Of a DNA stretch of 64,000 nucleotides, positions 36,713 through 50,100 are shown piece after piece. The position numbers and the translations under genes are program-made. The notes below the pieces were generated by a model. It did no database searches. It saw only the letters and a program-made list of their open reading frames with translations, and had not been told where the DNA came from. The stretch is from positions 38,863 to 102,862 of the forward strand of contig NW_027437453.1 in assembly GCF_964204645.1 (NCBI RefSeq). Direction: 5' to 3'. The DNA is from Tubulanus polymorphus (lineage: Eukaryota > Animalia > Nemertea). Each line of letters begins with the position of its first letter. Positions within the stretch are counted from its first letter, which is position 1.

Positions 36713-38818
36713 GTCTTTCGCCATATAGATTTACATGTATGTAATCGACCAGTAGGCATGTTGTAAGAGATCAGTACAATACTATTATACATTATAACCC
36801 CTGAAAATCCATCTGTTTGTGATTGACGATACCCGGCGCTACCGTATTGAAATATCAATATTAGGTATAATCGTATCTCAATTCAAATGAATGAAAAGCT
36901 GGAGATCGTATATTATAACTTCCGGCCGCTGATTAGCCCATATGTTCAGATTTTGACTAGACTATATATCGGAAGGGGTTGGCCCGAATTTTGTTTCGAA
37001 ATTCGTTTACAGTGAGCAAGCGTTTAATTGGTGCGTTGTCTGTAGTAGCGGTTCGTCACTGTAAATTCTGTAGGATCAATTACGTATTTGTAAGTTGAAA
37101 TTTTGTTGGCTTTAATGAAGTCCATATTTGCTATCGCATGTCACTTTCTTCCTTTGCATAATCCTGTGAAATATGCATAGACTTAAAAATACGATTTGCC
37201 ATGTCATTTTGTTGGCGAATTCCAACAACAAGCAGGTGGATTTCTGCTTACAAACAGGTGAATTTCAGCTCAAAACAATAAAAGACGGATAAAATTCACT
37301 GCAGTAATAGCTGTGATCTCTGATCTACAACAGACGTCAATGATTTTGTGGCTTGAAAGTTAGTCAACACGTAAGTAAAACTTACTGCATTTACATATAT
37401 TTCATATATTTATTCTGTCTTACAAATATTTTGTTCATCGAATTAAAATTGATTCCAATTTCGGTAAATTTGATTTTACAGTTGAAAATGTTCGCCAGAT
37501 ATATGATATTTGGTAAGTTGAAATACGAGTTGTTGTTTGAATAAAGCAGTACCGGTCCAGGCCCCTAGAAAAACTGTGACTTGTATTTCTGCGTATTTAT
37601 CACAGAGGTCTGGGGAACCAAACCCAATACATATTTCAAAATAACATTTTAAGTGCCACGATTTTTATATTTTGTGGGTCGATTTCCGTAAAGACCCGAT
37701 CAACCATGTACTGATAACGGTACCACCTAAAAGCGTATCATGACTTGTAGGAATATATATTACTTGGATTGAATTGTGAGAATTGCGTTTACTAGTATCT
37801 TTAATCAACCTTTTATCAGAATGTGTACACATTACTAGCTATACATTAAAGCAATAAATCCGTAGACGTGATTTCACATATAAAAATTTTGAAACTCGGG
37901 TTTCTACAATGTTTTAATATCATGCTATATCAGTGTTGGGTTACGTTCTTTATGTGACATCCAAATTGGCGTCAGCTGCCATCGCATAAAGGCAAATTTT
38001 TTTTCGAGACCATGATATCAGGATTTCGATGCAGAAATGTTAGTATTTTTCTGAAAAGTTTTGAATTCGATTCTCCAGACACTTCCCTTATTAATGATTT
38101 GCAGAAGGACAATTCCAGATGAGAAACTAAATTTCAGTCGATTTCTTAAATTCATGAAATGCTTCTGAATTGTGATTTTCAAGTAGAAAACATTGTAGGC
38201 TTTCAGAATTTTGGCAAATTGTACCAGTTTACAAAGCATTTCAATATTTTTTTTTCAACATGGCAAGACGGGGTATTTCATGAAAAATTTGTAATGCATA
38301 ATAGCCAACTTCTTTCCACTGTAATATAATCACTGGATGTGTTTGTTTCAGTATTCCACTCTTGCAAATTAAGTCACCGTTAACGTGGAATAAAAATCCC
38401 TGTGCCACAATACCGAGTTCTCCCGTAATTCTGTTACCTGAAAAATAAGGTTTACTTTCACTACAACGAAAGTTTTCCCCAGATGTTTCTTTATTTATAC
38501 TTAGAACAATGTGTACCTTTAAAGAAAACACCCTAGTCTGCTTCAGTTTTTGCTGGAGATGGTAACGGAATCACGAAAGTAGTCTGGTAACGGGATTACA
38601 TATACACATTCTTTTAAGAAATATGAATTACTTTGCCAAGTATTGAAACTTATTCACTATAATAAGATGCTGAGTACATCTCCTATACCTCTTGCGTTGA
38701 AACAACATTGAATTTTAGATCGGATCAATTATATTTTATTGAAGTACAGGATCATGCAAAACCTGCAATAGTCACGAATTATTTCACAATAACCTATCAC
38801 ATAAATCAAAACATGATG

Positions 38819-40750
38819 AAACAATTTATCATTTCAACTGTCAAACAATTTATCATTTCAACTCTCATACAATTTATCATTTCAACTGTCAAACAATTTA
38901 TCATTTCAACTGTCAAACAATTTATCATTTCAACTGTCAAACAATTTATCATTTCAACAGTCGAACAATTTATCATTTCAACTGTCAAACAATTTATCAT
39001 TTTAACTGTCAAACAATTTATCATTTCAACTGTCTAACGATTTATCATTTCAACTGTCAAACAATTTATCATTTCAACTGTCTTATCATTTCAACAGTCG
39101 AACAATTTATCATTTCAACTGTCAAACAATTTATCATTTCAACCGTCAAGCAATTTATCATTTCAACTGTCAAACAATTTATCATTTTAACTGTCAAACA
39201 ATTTATCATTTCAACTGTCTAACAATTTATCATTTCAACTGTCAAACAATTTATCATTTCAACTGTCTTATCATTTCAACAGTCGAACGATTTATCATTT
39301 CAACTGTCAAACAATTTATCATTTCAACTGTCAAAAAATTTATCATTTCAACTGTCAAACAATTTATCATTTCAACAGTCGAACAATTTATCATTTCAAC
39401 AGTCGAACAATTTATCATTTCAACTGTAAAACAATTTATCATTTCAACAGTCGAACAATTTATCATTTCAACTGTCAAACAATTTATCATTTCAACTGTT
39501 AAACAATTTATCATTTCAACTGTCAAACAATTTATCATTTCAACTGTCAAACAATTTATCATTTCAACTGTCAAACAATTTATCATTTCAACTGTAAAAC
39601 AATTTATCATTTCAACAGTCGAAAAATTTATCATTTCAACTGTCAAACAATTTATCATTTCAACTGTTAAACAATTTATCATTTCAACTGTCAAACAATT
39701 TATCATTTCAACTGTCAAACAATTTATCATTTCAACTGTCAAACAATTTATCATTTCAACAGTCGAACAATTTATCATTTCAACAGTCGAACAATTTATC
39801 ATTTCAACTGTCAAACAATTTATCATTTCAACTGTCAAACAATTTATCATTTCAACTGTCAAACAATTTATCATTTCAGCTGTCTTATCATTTCAACTGC
39901 CAAACAATTTATCATTTCAACTGTCAAACAATTTATCATTTCAACTGTCAAACAATTTATCATTTCAACTGTCAAACAATTTATCATTTCAACTGTCAAA
40001 CCATTTATCATTTCAACTGTCAAACAATTTATCATTTCAACTGTCAAACAATTTATCATTTCAACTGTCAAACAATTTATCATTTCAACTGTCAAACAAT
40101 TTATCATTTCAACTGTAAAACAATTTATCATTTTAACTGTCAAACAATTTATCATTTCAACTGTCTTATCATTTCAACAGTCGAACGATTTATCATTTCA
40201 ACTGTCAAACAATTTATCATTTCAACTGTCAACAAATTTATCATTTCAACTGTCAAACAATTTATCATTTCAACTGTCAAACAATTTATCATTTCAACTG
40301 TCAAACAATTTATCATTTCAACTGTAAAACAATTTATCATTTTAACTGTCAAACAATTTATCATTTCAACAGTCGAACAATTTATCATTTCAACTGTCAA
40401 ACAATTTATCATTTCAACTGTCAAACAATTTATCATTTCAACTGTCAAACAATTTATCATTTCAGCTGTCTTATCATTTCAACTGCCAAACAATTTATCA
40501 TTTCAACTGTCCAACAATTTATCATTTCAACTGTCAAAAAATTTATCATTTCAACTGTCAAACAATTTATCATTTCAACTGTCAAACAATTTATCATTTC
40601 AACTGTCAAACCATTTATCATTTCAACTGTCAAACAATTTATCATTTCAACTGTCAAACAATTTATCATTTCAACTGTCAAACAATTTATCATTTCAACT
40701 GTCAAACAATTTATCATTTCAACTGTCAAACAATTTATCATTTTAACAGT
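38819..40750. repeat. 24-bp minisatellite, ~80 copies, with higher-order structure
   Basis: ACAATTTATCATTTCAACTGTCAA units with recurring variant and 17-bp truncated units. Confidence 0.97.
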
Positions 40751-40824
40751 CTATTAGATATTTTAATCATTTAACTCAATTCAATAATTATTTGACTATT
40801 TAATTTATTTCTAATGTAGAATTG

Positions 40825-41475
40825 TTACTCTTTACGCCAGTTTTTATGTTTAATTGTTTCATAATGCTTTGATTTATGTGATTTTGAATATTTACCTCCG
40901 CAATAACAATGAATTTTTTCATTAGAATTGAATTTTCTAAATTCATCATCTAAATTACATTGAACTGCAATATCTTTATATGATTTTTCATTATCTAATT
41001 CACATTGAATTCCAATATTTGATGAATTTTCATTATAGATAATTTGTTTATTATCAAAATTGAAATAATATAATTGTCTTTCTGCAATTCTTAAGTTAAT
41101 CAAATCATTGTAATCTGTTGAAAGTATTTTATCACCTTTTCTTTCATTGAAAGGGGTTTGAAGTATATTTATTATGTTTTCATCTAAAGTTCCTTTAAAA
41201 TTAAAAACTGTATTGAACATTTTAGGATTTTTGATTCCATTATCAAAAGTATCTACTAGTTCAGTAATTAAATATGTTTCATTTGATAATATTTGATTAA
41301 TCATAGTTATGTTATCGATTTTATAATGTCTTGCGGACACTAAATTTGTTGCTGAAATATAATTTCTAATGTTAAACTGTGAAAATGATTTATTGGTTTC
41401 ATTGATTTCGATTTTAAAGTTGGGTTCTTCTTCTTCTTTCTTCATTTTTATAACAAAATTTTTATTAAAACTCAT
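40825..41475 (-). CDS. 216-aa virus-like protein with a C-terminal CxCGGKY..H..H zinc finger
   Basis: Intact intronless AT-rich ORF; IHCYCGGKYSKSHKSKHYETIKH; same position relative to the hairpin as ORF 2825..3016. Confidence 0.65.
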   Translation of the reverse strand: MSFNKNFVIKMKKEEEEPNFKIEINETNKSFSQFNIRNYISATNLVSARHYKIDNITMINQILSNETYLITELVDTFDNGIKNPKMFNTVFNFKGTLDENIINILQTPFNERKGDKILSTDYNDLINLRIAERQLYYFNFDNKQIIYNENSSNIGIQCELDNEKSYKDIAVQCNLDDEFRKFNSNEKIHCYCGGKYSKSHKSKHYETIKHKNWRKE

Positions 41476-41512
41476 TCAAATATAAATATTCACTGTTTTA
41501 AATATGAATTAT

Positions 41513-41720
41513 TTCACTCACACTTTACTCACACTTTTAATGTTTAAAAATCTAACTCATACAAATATAAATATTGAAATATGTTTAAAATATAAACTAT
41601 TTCACTCACACTTTACTCACACTTTTATATTCTTTTAGTTATCCATTTATTTTACTCATATTTTTACTCGAAATCTGTTAAAATATGAATTATTTCACTC
41701 ACACCTTACTCACACTTTTT
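41513..41720. promoter_or_regulatory. Three copies of TATTTCACTCACACTTTACTCACACTTTT between the ORF start and the hairpin
   Basis: Copies near 41513, 41600 and 41693, ~90 bp apart. Confidence 0.5.
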
Positions 41721-41725
41721 CTAGC

Positions 41726-41880
41726 GAGTAGAAAATGAAAAATAAATTCGAGTGTGCGAAAAGTCTTTTTCATTTTTATGAGTTTCGCGAGTAATTCAAG
41801 TAGAAATTGTTGTTATTTTCATATTTTTTCATCTTTTACGAGCTTGACCGTTCGACCTTTGATCTAGAACAACTAAACCC

Positions 41881-41883
<3 letters not shown>
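41726..41883 (+). repeat. Second, partial copy of the terminal hairpin (inner left arm, loop, right arm)
   Basis: GAAAATGAAAAATAAATTCGAG...TTTTTCATTTTTATGAGTTTCGCGAGTAATTCAAGTAGAAATTGTT...GACCGTTCGACCTTTG...CCCTAT, homologous to 3208-3362. Confidence 0.9.
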
Positions 41884-42897
<1,014 letters not shown>

Positions 42898-42959
42898 TAT
42901 GTTATGTTATTATGTTAAAAGTAAAATATATATATTATTACACATCAGAATTCTAGATT

Positions 42960-43696
42960 TTACCATATTCCTATTTTTCAACTAATATATTTTATATTTT
43001 CAGCTAATATAATTTATACATTTCAACCAATATATTTTGTATTTTCAACCAATTTAACAGTCTATTTCTTAATTTGATTCATGTAATTTATCTTTTAGTT
43101 CGCGAATATATTTATGATTTCTTAAACTCTTCTCATTTTTATAGATTTATTGCATATTTCACAACACTTAATATTATTTATTCTATCCGAGATATAATTT
43201 ATGTTATCTTTTAATTCTATATATTTAATTTTGCAATTCATAATCAATCATAAAATTCTAACAGCTATTTCAATCAGTAAATTGAAAAAGAAACCATTCC
43301 AGAAACCATAACAATTAACTTAATGCGCTCTTGATTTTTATATATCAGATGTAATATTTCTAATACCTTACTTTCACTCATTTTTATAGTTAAAATATCA
43401 TAGATCAAATTAAAAGATGCTGTCTTTATTCACTAATCTGATTCAATAACTTTTTTATTATTTTTATTTCTATCATTATTTCCATTCAATTTCTTTAATG
43501 TCTTACTTAATTTCATATTTTCATTCATCACATCTATACTGATATTCTCATAATAAAAATATAATGCAGCCAATATTAAACATCCATCAACTAAATAATG
43601 ATTCAAATCACTTTTTCCAGTTGGAATGTTGAAATCATTCTCATTCAACAGTCTATTATTTGAAAATGGAATTATTAAAATTTGGAATCCCTTCAT
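42960..43696 (-). mobile_element. Decayed third segment of the virus-like element
   Basis: AT-rich small minus-strand ORFs (43433..43696; MSESKVLEILH from 43381; broken KCCEICNKSIK); TTTAACAGTCTATT flanked by degenerate TTTCAAC repeats, as at the 40750 end of the minisatellite. Confidence 0.45.
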
Positions 43697-43846
43697 TTTC
43701 GGGGATCCAACTTCCCGGTCAACGACTGTATTTTATTTGTGCGTGTTCAATAAAACGATTTACCAATTACTGCGATATAGTAAACCATTAATGCTCTTAT
43801 TGGCACGGCATGTCTGTTTCAGAAATATAAACACCAACTCATCTAA

Positions 43847-44432
43847 ATAAATAGTGAACCCGTGTCATAGATATATGAAGCTGGTCACCTGGCGGATGTT
43901 TTAGAAAACTAAATAGATAGTGAACCCGTGTCATAGATATATGAAGCTGGTCACCTGTCGGTTGTTTTAGAAAACAGAATAAATAGTGAACCCGTGTCAT
44001 AGATATATGAAGCTGGTCACCTGGCGGTTGTTTTAGAAAACAGAATAAATAGTGAACCCGTGTCATAGATATATGAAGCTGGTCACCCGGCAGTTGTTTT
44101 AGAAAACAGAATAAATAGTGAACCCGTGTCATAAATATATGAAGCTGGTCACCTGGCGGTTGTTTTAGAAAACGAAATTGATATTGAACCCGTGTCATAG
44201 ATATATGAAGCTGGTCACCTGTCGGTTGTTTTAGAAAACAGAATAAATAGTGAACCCGTGTCATAGATATATGAAGCTGGTCACCTGGCGGTTGTTTTAG
44301 AAAACTAAATTGATATTGAACCCGTGTCATAGATATATGAAGCTGGTCACCTGGCGGTTGTTTTAGAAAACAGAATAAATAGTGAACCCGTGTCATAGAT
44401 ATATGAAGCTGGTCACCTGGCGGTTGTTTTAG
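43847..44432. repeat. 66-bp minisatellite, ~9 copies
   Basis: AAATAGTGAACCCGTGTCATAGATATATGAAGCTGGTCACCTGGCGGTTGTTTTAGAAAACAGAAT units. Confidence 0.95.
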
Positions 44433-47110
44433 AACTTACTTGTGTGTATTGCACAGTGTAAATGCATGCCAGTGGGCCTTTTGTTTTAAAATGCAATGCA
44501 TATGATAAATTTCAAAATAGATAAAAAGTTGTCTTTATGTCTACATTCATGATGATCGCTCTATAATTGTTACCACCATATTAGTGAGTTTGCGCATATT
44601 TATTCAATTGATTTATTACTCCCACTCTTTAGATTAATGTTTCCACAATTACGTAGTTCTTCATCATGTCTTCTAATTCAGGAACGTATCCATATAACAC
44701 CGTGGATCATCATTTCCAATTTTAAAGGTAGCTCACAATGTTTAATCCGAACCAGAAGACTCAATCGGCTGCTTCAAATTGAATATTGCTCTTATAAAAC
44801 GTTTCCTGGTTTTTGTCAAAAAAGAACCTTAAAGTCAGAGGAAAATAACAAATGAAACATTTATATACGTGAGAGTTCACGTCAGAGCGGTTTATTCAAC
44901 ACGTATTACATTCTGCCAAATAATATACAATATGTTTTGACAGTAGAAATTACTTTTAACGTTTAAACGGTGTAGCATTAACTGAAGCCATCCAAACAAA
45001 CAATGAACTCAATTAAAGAACAACATGATGCGTTTCGGCAAATAAAGCTCGGGATTAAACACGACTACTGGGCCGGCCTTTTGGCGATATTGGATCAATG
45101 ATCGAATTGAACACTATAAATGCATACGCGTTAAAACATCTTACTATAATACGCATGGCACATGACTTTTATTCAGGTATATTCAAGTAAATTCATATAT
45201 AATTCAAGTAAATGTATATACATATTTATTTGCCACATCAAATTTACAAGAAAGAATCATTATTTCAACAATATTTGTACAATATATGTAGCTGGATATA
45301 CTAGAAGCCAAATTGGCTGTGAGCCCCTGAGGGGAACAGTATACCCAGGAATAAACATTATAAAAAAATATATGAACATATTTATGGGAGTGGTGAACAG
45401 GATGAACAATTACACAGGAAGATGCATACTGATTAGATTAATTTGGGCGCCTCTAGCAGAAAGATTGACAAATACATTTGTTATTTTCAAAGGCGGATAG
45501 AAACTAAGAAATAATGCCGATAGATTTAACTTTTACATCTTTCAAATACATGTAGACCACACCTATACGTAAGTTAGTGTAGGCCTACTGATGAAAATGA
45601 ATACATCCAATCGATATAGAATTGGCCAGCGAAACTTTTGATTGATTGCATACCAACGTAGTTGTATTAGATGTTTTCTTGAACAGTTGGTCACACTTAA
45701 TTCATTTGATTGTAGATTTGATATTGTACTACACGACACTAGCTTATAAAAGTCTTCTGAAATTTCATATATAATTCCACTGGACCTTTGTTAGATTCAT
45801 CATAGTGATAGGCAATGATTGTGTTGATAAGTAAGTAAATGACTCTACGGTCACTTTATAATTTCCATTTTGTCGATCTGTTGACTTTTCAAATAAAATC
45901 GAACGCAATTTCCATCGTAAAAGATGAATTCGCTCTATTTCGGAATATGGCTGCACAAATCAGTTAAATCGCTTGGTTCAATCATGGAGAGTGCATGGTT
46001 CAATTGAAAACATATATTGAATTATCGTAAGCCTATCTGAGATCAGAAATTTAAATACGTCATTGTACCATGAACTGAAAATTTTCAAAAGGCAGCTAGC
46101 AGAGCTATCAATCACTACTGTCAGTGACCCGGATTGGCTCAATCATCGACTCCCGACCAAGAAGACCGAATGCTACGGAAATCTGCGTACATAATTTTGA
46201 TTTGCGGTCAGACAGTGGTGTCTAGAAACAAATTTGTAACAGGTTGGCACTTTGAATTAACACATGTTTGGGATGAAAGATACTGGCCGTGTGTATGTTT
46301 TCGTATCGATTGCTAGCCATTACGATTATGTTTAGATCGATATCTGGATCATTCAATAAACATATCAATGTGAGCCTTGACCTCCTCCCCGCTTCTTCGC
46401 TCAGGATTTGACGAACTCTTTTTATATGTAAGATCCGTCATGTTTCATTTCATTTTTGATGTACGTATCAAAAATTCTCTCTTATGTTTGTCAATCAAAT
46501 CAAGTAACCATTTATGATGCCAATTATAAGTTGATGAATTTATATGGAGTTGAATTGAACTAAAATAGTCAGCAAAATGATTAACCAACCATTTTGCTTC
46601 AACAGAAGTCCAATTTGATTGTATTTGTCACGAATCCGTTGTTTGTTTCTAAACTGTTTGTTCAGCATTCGACGTCTGATGAGCGTCTGACATGACTGAG
46701 GTAGGCGGGGTCAGGGTTCACATTGATAGCTGCATAAAGTGTGGACGCTCTGCGTGACGTCACTGAGCTCGCTGACCTTAACAAACATTTGCGCGCTGTG
46801 AGCATCGGCTGTTCGTTGGTTATAAGTACTTCCCACCTCTCTGACTACACAGACGGCGGCTGACCCGAAATCGGCCTCTGCCTGGGTAATCTATATTCTA
46901 AATAATGGGCGGTTACTTTATAAAATGCGTGTATCTTTGCACTTAGCAAGATATTTTTGCGTACAAATATCCAGAAAGGTGCAAAGACCATTCTGTCAGT
47001 TGAAATATTTAGCTGCATTAAATATGATATAATATATGAGGCAAAAAACAACTTGGAAATTAGTCATAAATTGTTTTGAAGTTTACAGAGAACGTACGCG
47101 TTTTTGACTA

Positions 47111-50100
47111 CTAAAAGTCTGCATAAGCGTTAATGCATGCTTTTATTTCTGTTGTTAGGTATCCTTTTGGCGTAAGCTTGAAGCCCCATTTCCAAATTAC
47201 GGGCCGACTAACTTCCTCTATCCAGTCAATTTTTCCATTTCCTTTTTTGAATAGAACCTCCGGTTCTATCTTTCCAGTCAACCCCCCTTTATACCACCGT
47301 AGTTTTATAACTTCGTCATTTATTTCAATCACCTCGCCTATTTGAGGCCAGTAATCTGCATATTTTGCCATGTCTAATAAGCACAAATCGCCAACTACCA
47401 TTTCTCTTTCAACATCTTTGACCGTTGAAGTTCCGGATTTCTTACCAATTACAACCTAAAATTTCGAAAATAAAACGTTATCAAGCAACTTATTACAGCA
47501 CTGTCATTATATGATAATAGTTCATCAAAATGGATACCTTTGAAAGCAAAGGTTTTTTAGTATACTTTTAGCAGTTGGAGTAATTAAACTATGTTTATTG
47601 ATGCGTGACTGGTTGACTTTCGCCATACACTCGACGTCCAATCAATGAAAAATGAACGATGCGTTATTTTGATGCATTGTACAGCATCGCCATAGATGTA
47701 AGCAATAATAACTATTGGGCGTCCTGTTTAGCAAGCCGATAAAAATATCGATACGTAGAAGAAATGTTGGTGCAATTCGCCTTGTAGCGAGGCGTTTCAA
47801 CCCTTCAGGCCCATGTATCTACAAGCCTGTGTTTTCATTTGTTAGTTTTTCTAATAAAAACTAAAGCATTCGCTACAAAGTGAAAGCTTTTCCTGGTTAA
47901 CCGATACGGTATGTAATAAGTTAGTGCAATTACATGCACTTGTACAAAAGCGTCTGAAATAATATTTCGTCACATTTTATGTGTAGAAATCAAAAGAACT
48001 TGAATAGAAAATATTACAATTGCTATTACAATCCCGAGACCAAGTTAAGTAAACTAATGGATGGTTTTAGGCTTAGATTTTGTCATTTTGATAATTGGCT
48101 GTCCTTAGTTTTTGATTCAACTCGGTAACGAAGAAGAACCGGCATAAATTTGCAATGAAATAAGAATATGCTGCACTGCGATTGTAACTACTTCTTGGGC
48201 TCTGCTTCATTAAAAGAATAAGCGGGACAAATTAAGTAATCTTACACGGGGTATTGGCGAATCATCGTCAGATAAATCTGATAGCCCGTCGTCTGTATCA
48301 TCGTCAGCATCGTTCTCGGCTTCACACTGTTTTAGCTTGTTTTTGACAGCTTCGTCGATTTCTCCAAGCATCCACATGTCGGAAAATTCGTATGGATCTC
48401 CTGAAACATTTAACATTGTTTGTTTATGAAGAGTGTTATGCCAACTATTTCTTGTCTTAGAAAAAGGACGATGCATTGGCCGATACTCAGAGCTGAAACG
48501 CAATTAAGCCTTCTCAATACAGAACCTCAGCTTAACTTACCGTCTTCATTTATTCTAAGTTCCAATTCTTCGAGGTACTTTTTCCACCACGATCGATCTT
48601 CATTCGCCATAAATTTGAACGCACGTTCGACATCACTACGTAGCCGGTTGAATTCAATATTGTCGAAGTTTGGTTTGATCATATCCGGCACTCCAGAAGG
48701 AATTTTTCGAAGGAGGTGTCCAAACTTGTCTCCATCGCAATCAATCCACACGCGATCTGTTGACCATTTTTTTGTGGTCATCTTTGCTTGGCCATTCGCA
48801 TCTCGAGATATTTTAAATACATGAGGCTTCGAATGAAAAGAGATCTTTTCTATTTCCTCACTCAGCCATGACGAAATATTGTAGCAGTGGTCGATTTCGA
48901 TGCCTACTGGTGAATGTTTTTTGTCACATGCCTCAAAGGCAGAGATTAACTGTTGCATCGTAATAGCATCGTGTCTGTTCAGATATGTTGAAAAACGCGA
49001 GAAAAGCTGGTCGATATCCTCGTGAGTATGTCCTACCATCAGAAAGCTTACTTTGATTTTGTCAAAGATACGCATTTGCACAAGCATGTGCAGAAATGCA
49101 AAAACAAATCTATTCTTGTTGTCTCTCCAACAATTATCCATTTGCAAATACAATGTAGGGGGAAGATCTTCCTTATGAAGGAAAAGAATGTTCAAAATAA
49201 TATTCATTGTTAGATTTCCCGAATGCGGATATTCACATTTGTCGAAGAAACCGTAGACTTGTCTCCCATGTAGTATGACACCTGTTACATGCGTTTTCAT
49301 GCGCCATGCAGATGATATCGATTTCGGTACAGTTGAAAAATGGGGAATAAACGTCTTCGCTTGATCCATTCCGTCGATTATTAAGGACATGTATTTCGCT
49401 GGATTTTTCCGAGCTTTCTCGGCGTGTTTGTAATATTTCTGTCTCTCTACACTAGAACATAAAAAACAGAAAATTACGTATTATAAGTTCGTGCATTGGT
49501 AGAAAAATGATTCCAAAATTCCTCACGATTGCAGAATTTATGTATGATGGCAGATGGACATGGGGCATCATATTCTGATTTATCGGAAAAATTTCAAATC
49601 CTGAAAATAGGATTGTTTTCATGCCACAGAAATGACGTCAACAGTGAAGAAACCTGTTTTTATTACCTAACACGCATTGTTGTTAACGTTTTGTTTGCGT
49701 TTTTGATGTTTTTATGCGAATTGAAGAAATTATTAATCTCCAAAAGCGCTTCACAAAAGCGTGTTAGTAAATATTTTCAAGATTTGAGAAAAATGGATTT
49801 TTTTCTTATTAGACCCAATATATCATTAATACCCCAACGATCTATTTATGAATACAAAACTACTGCGCACTAGCTGCTGTCACCGCAAAGATGAGCACCG
49901 GGGCATGAATTTTTGTGGCAGTCAACCAATAAACAATTAATGCCACGGCCAAAAATAGGCGTGAAAACATTCAAATATAAGAACATTCAAATAGAATCTT
50001 ATCAGTTTGCATTCATTTGCATGAGAACATTCAAATAGAATCTTATCAGTTTGCGAGAATTTCAATCCAGACGACCATTGCATCAAAACACTGTTCAAAT

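Larger units (their letters stand above)
34548..37552. mobile_element. 3-kb non-autonomous DNA element with ~350-bp diverged TIRs
   Basis: 34548-34910 aligns to the reverse complement of 37203-37552; no transposase inside. Confidence 0.8.

Noticed and set aside
38708-40741. MINCLTVE/KQFIISTV repeat ORFs, or a CRISPR-like array
   Set aside because: Translations of a 24-bp satellite, frameshifted by truncated units; there are no unique spacers and no cas genes.
43839-44396. 185-aa repeat protein
   Set aside because: Open frame of a 66-bp minisatellite with no unique coding flanks.
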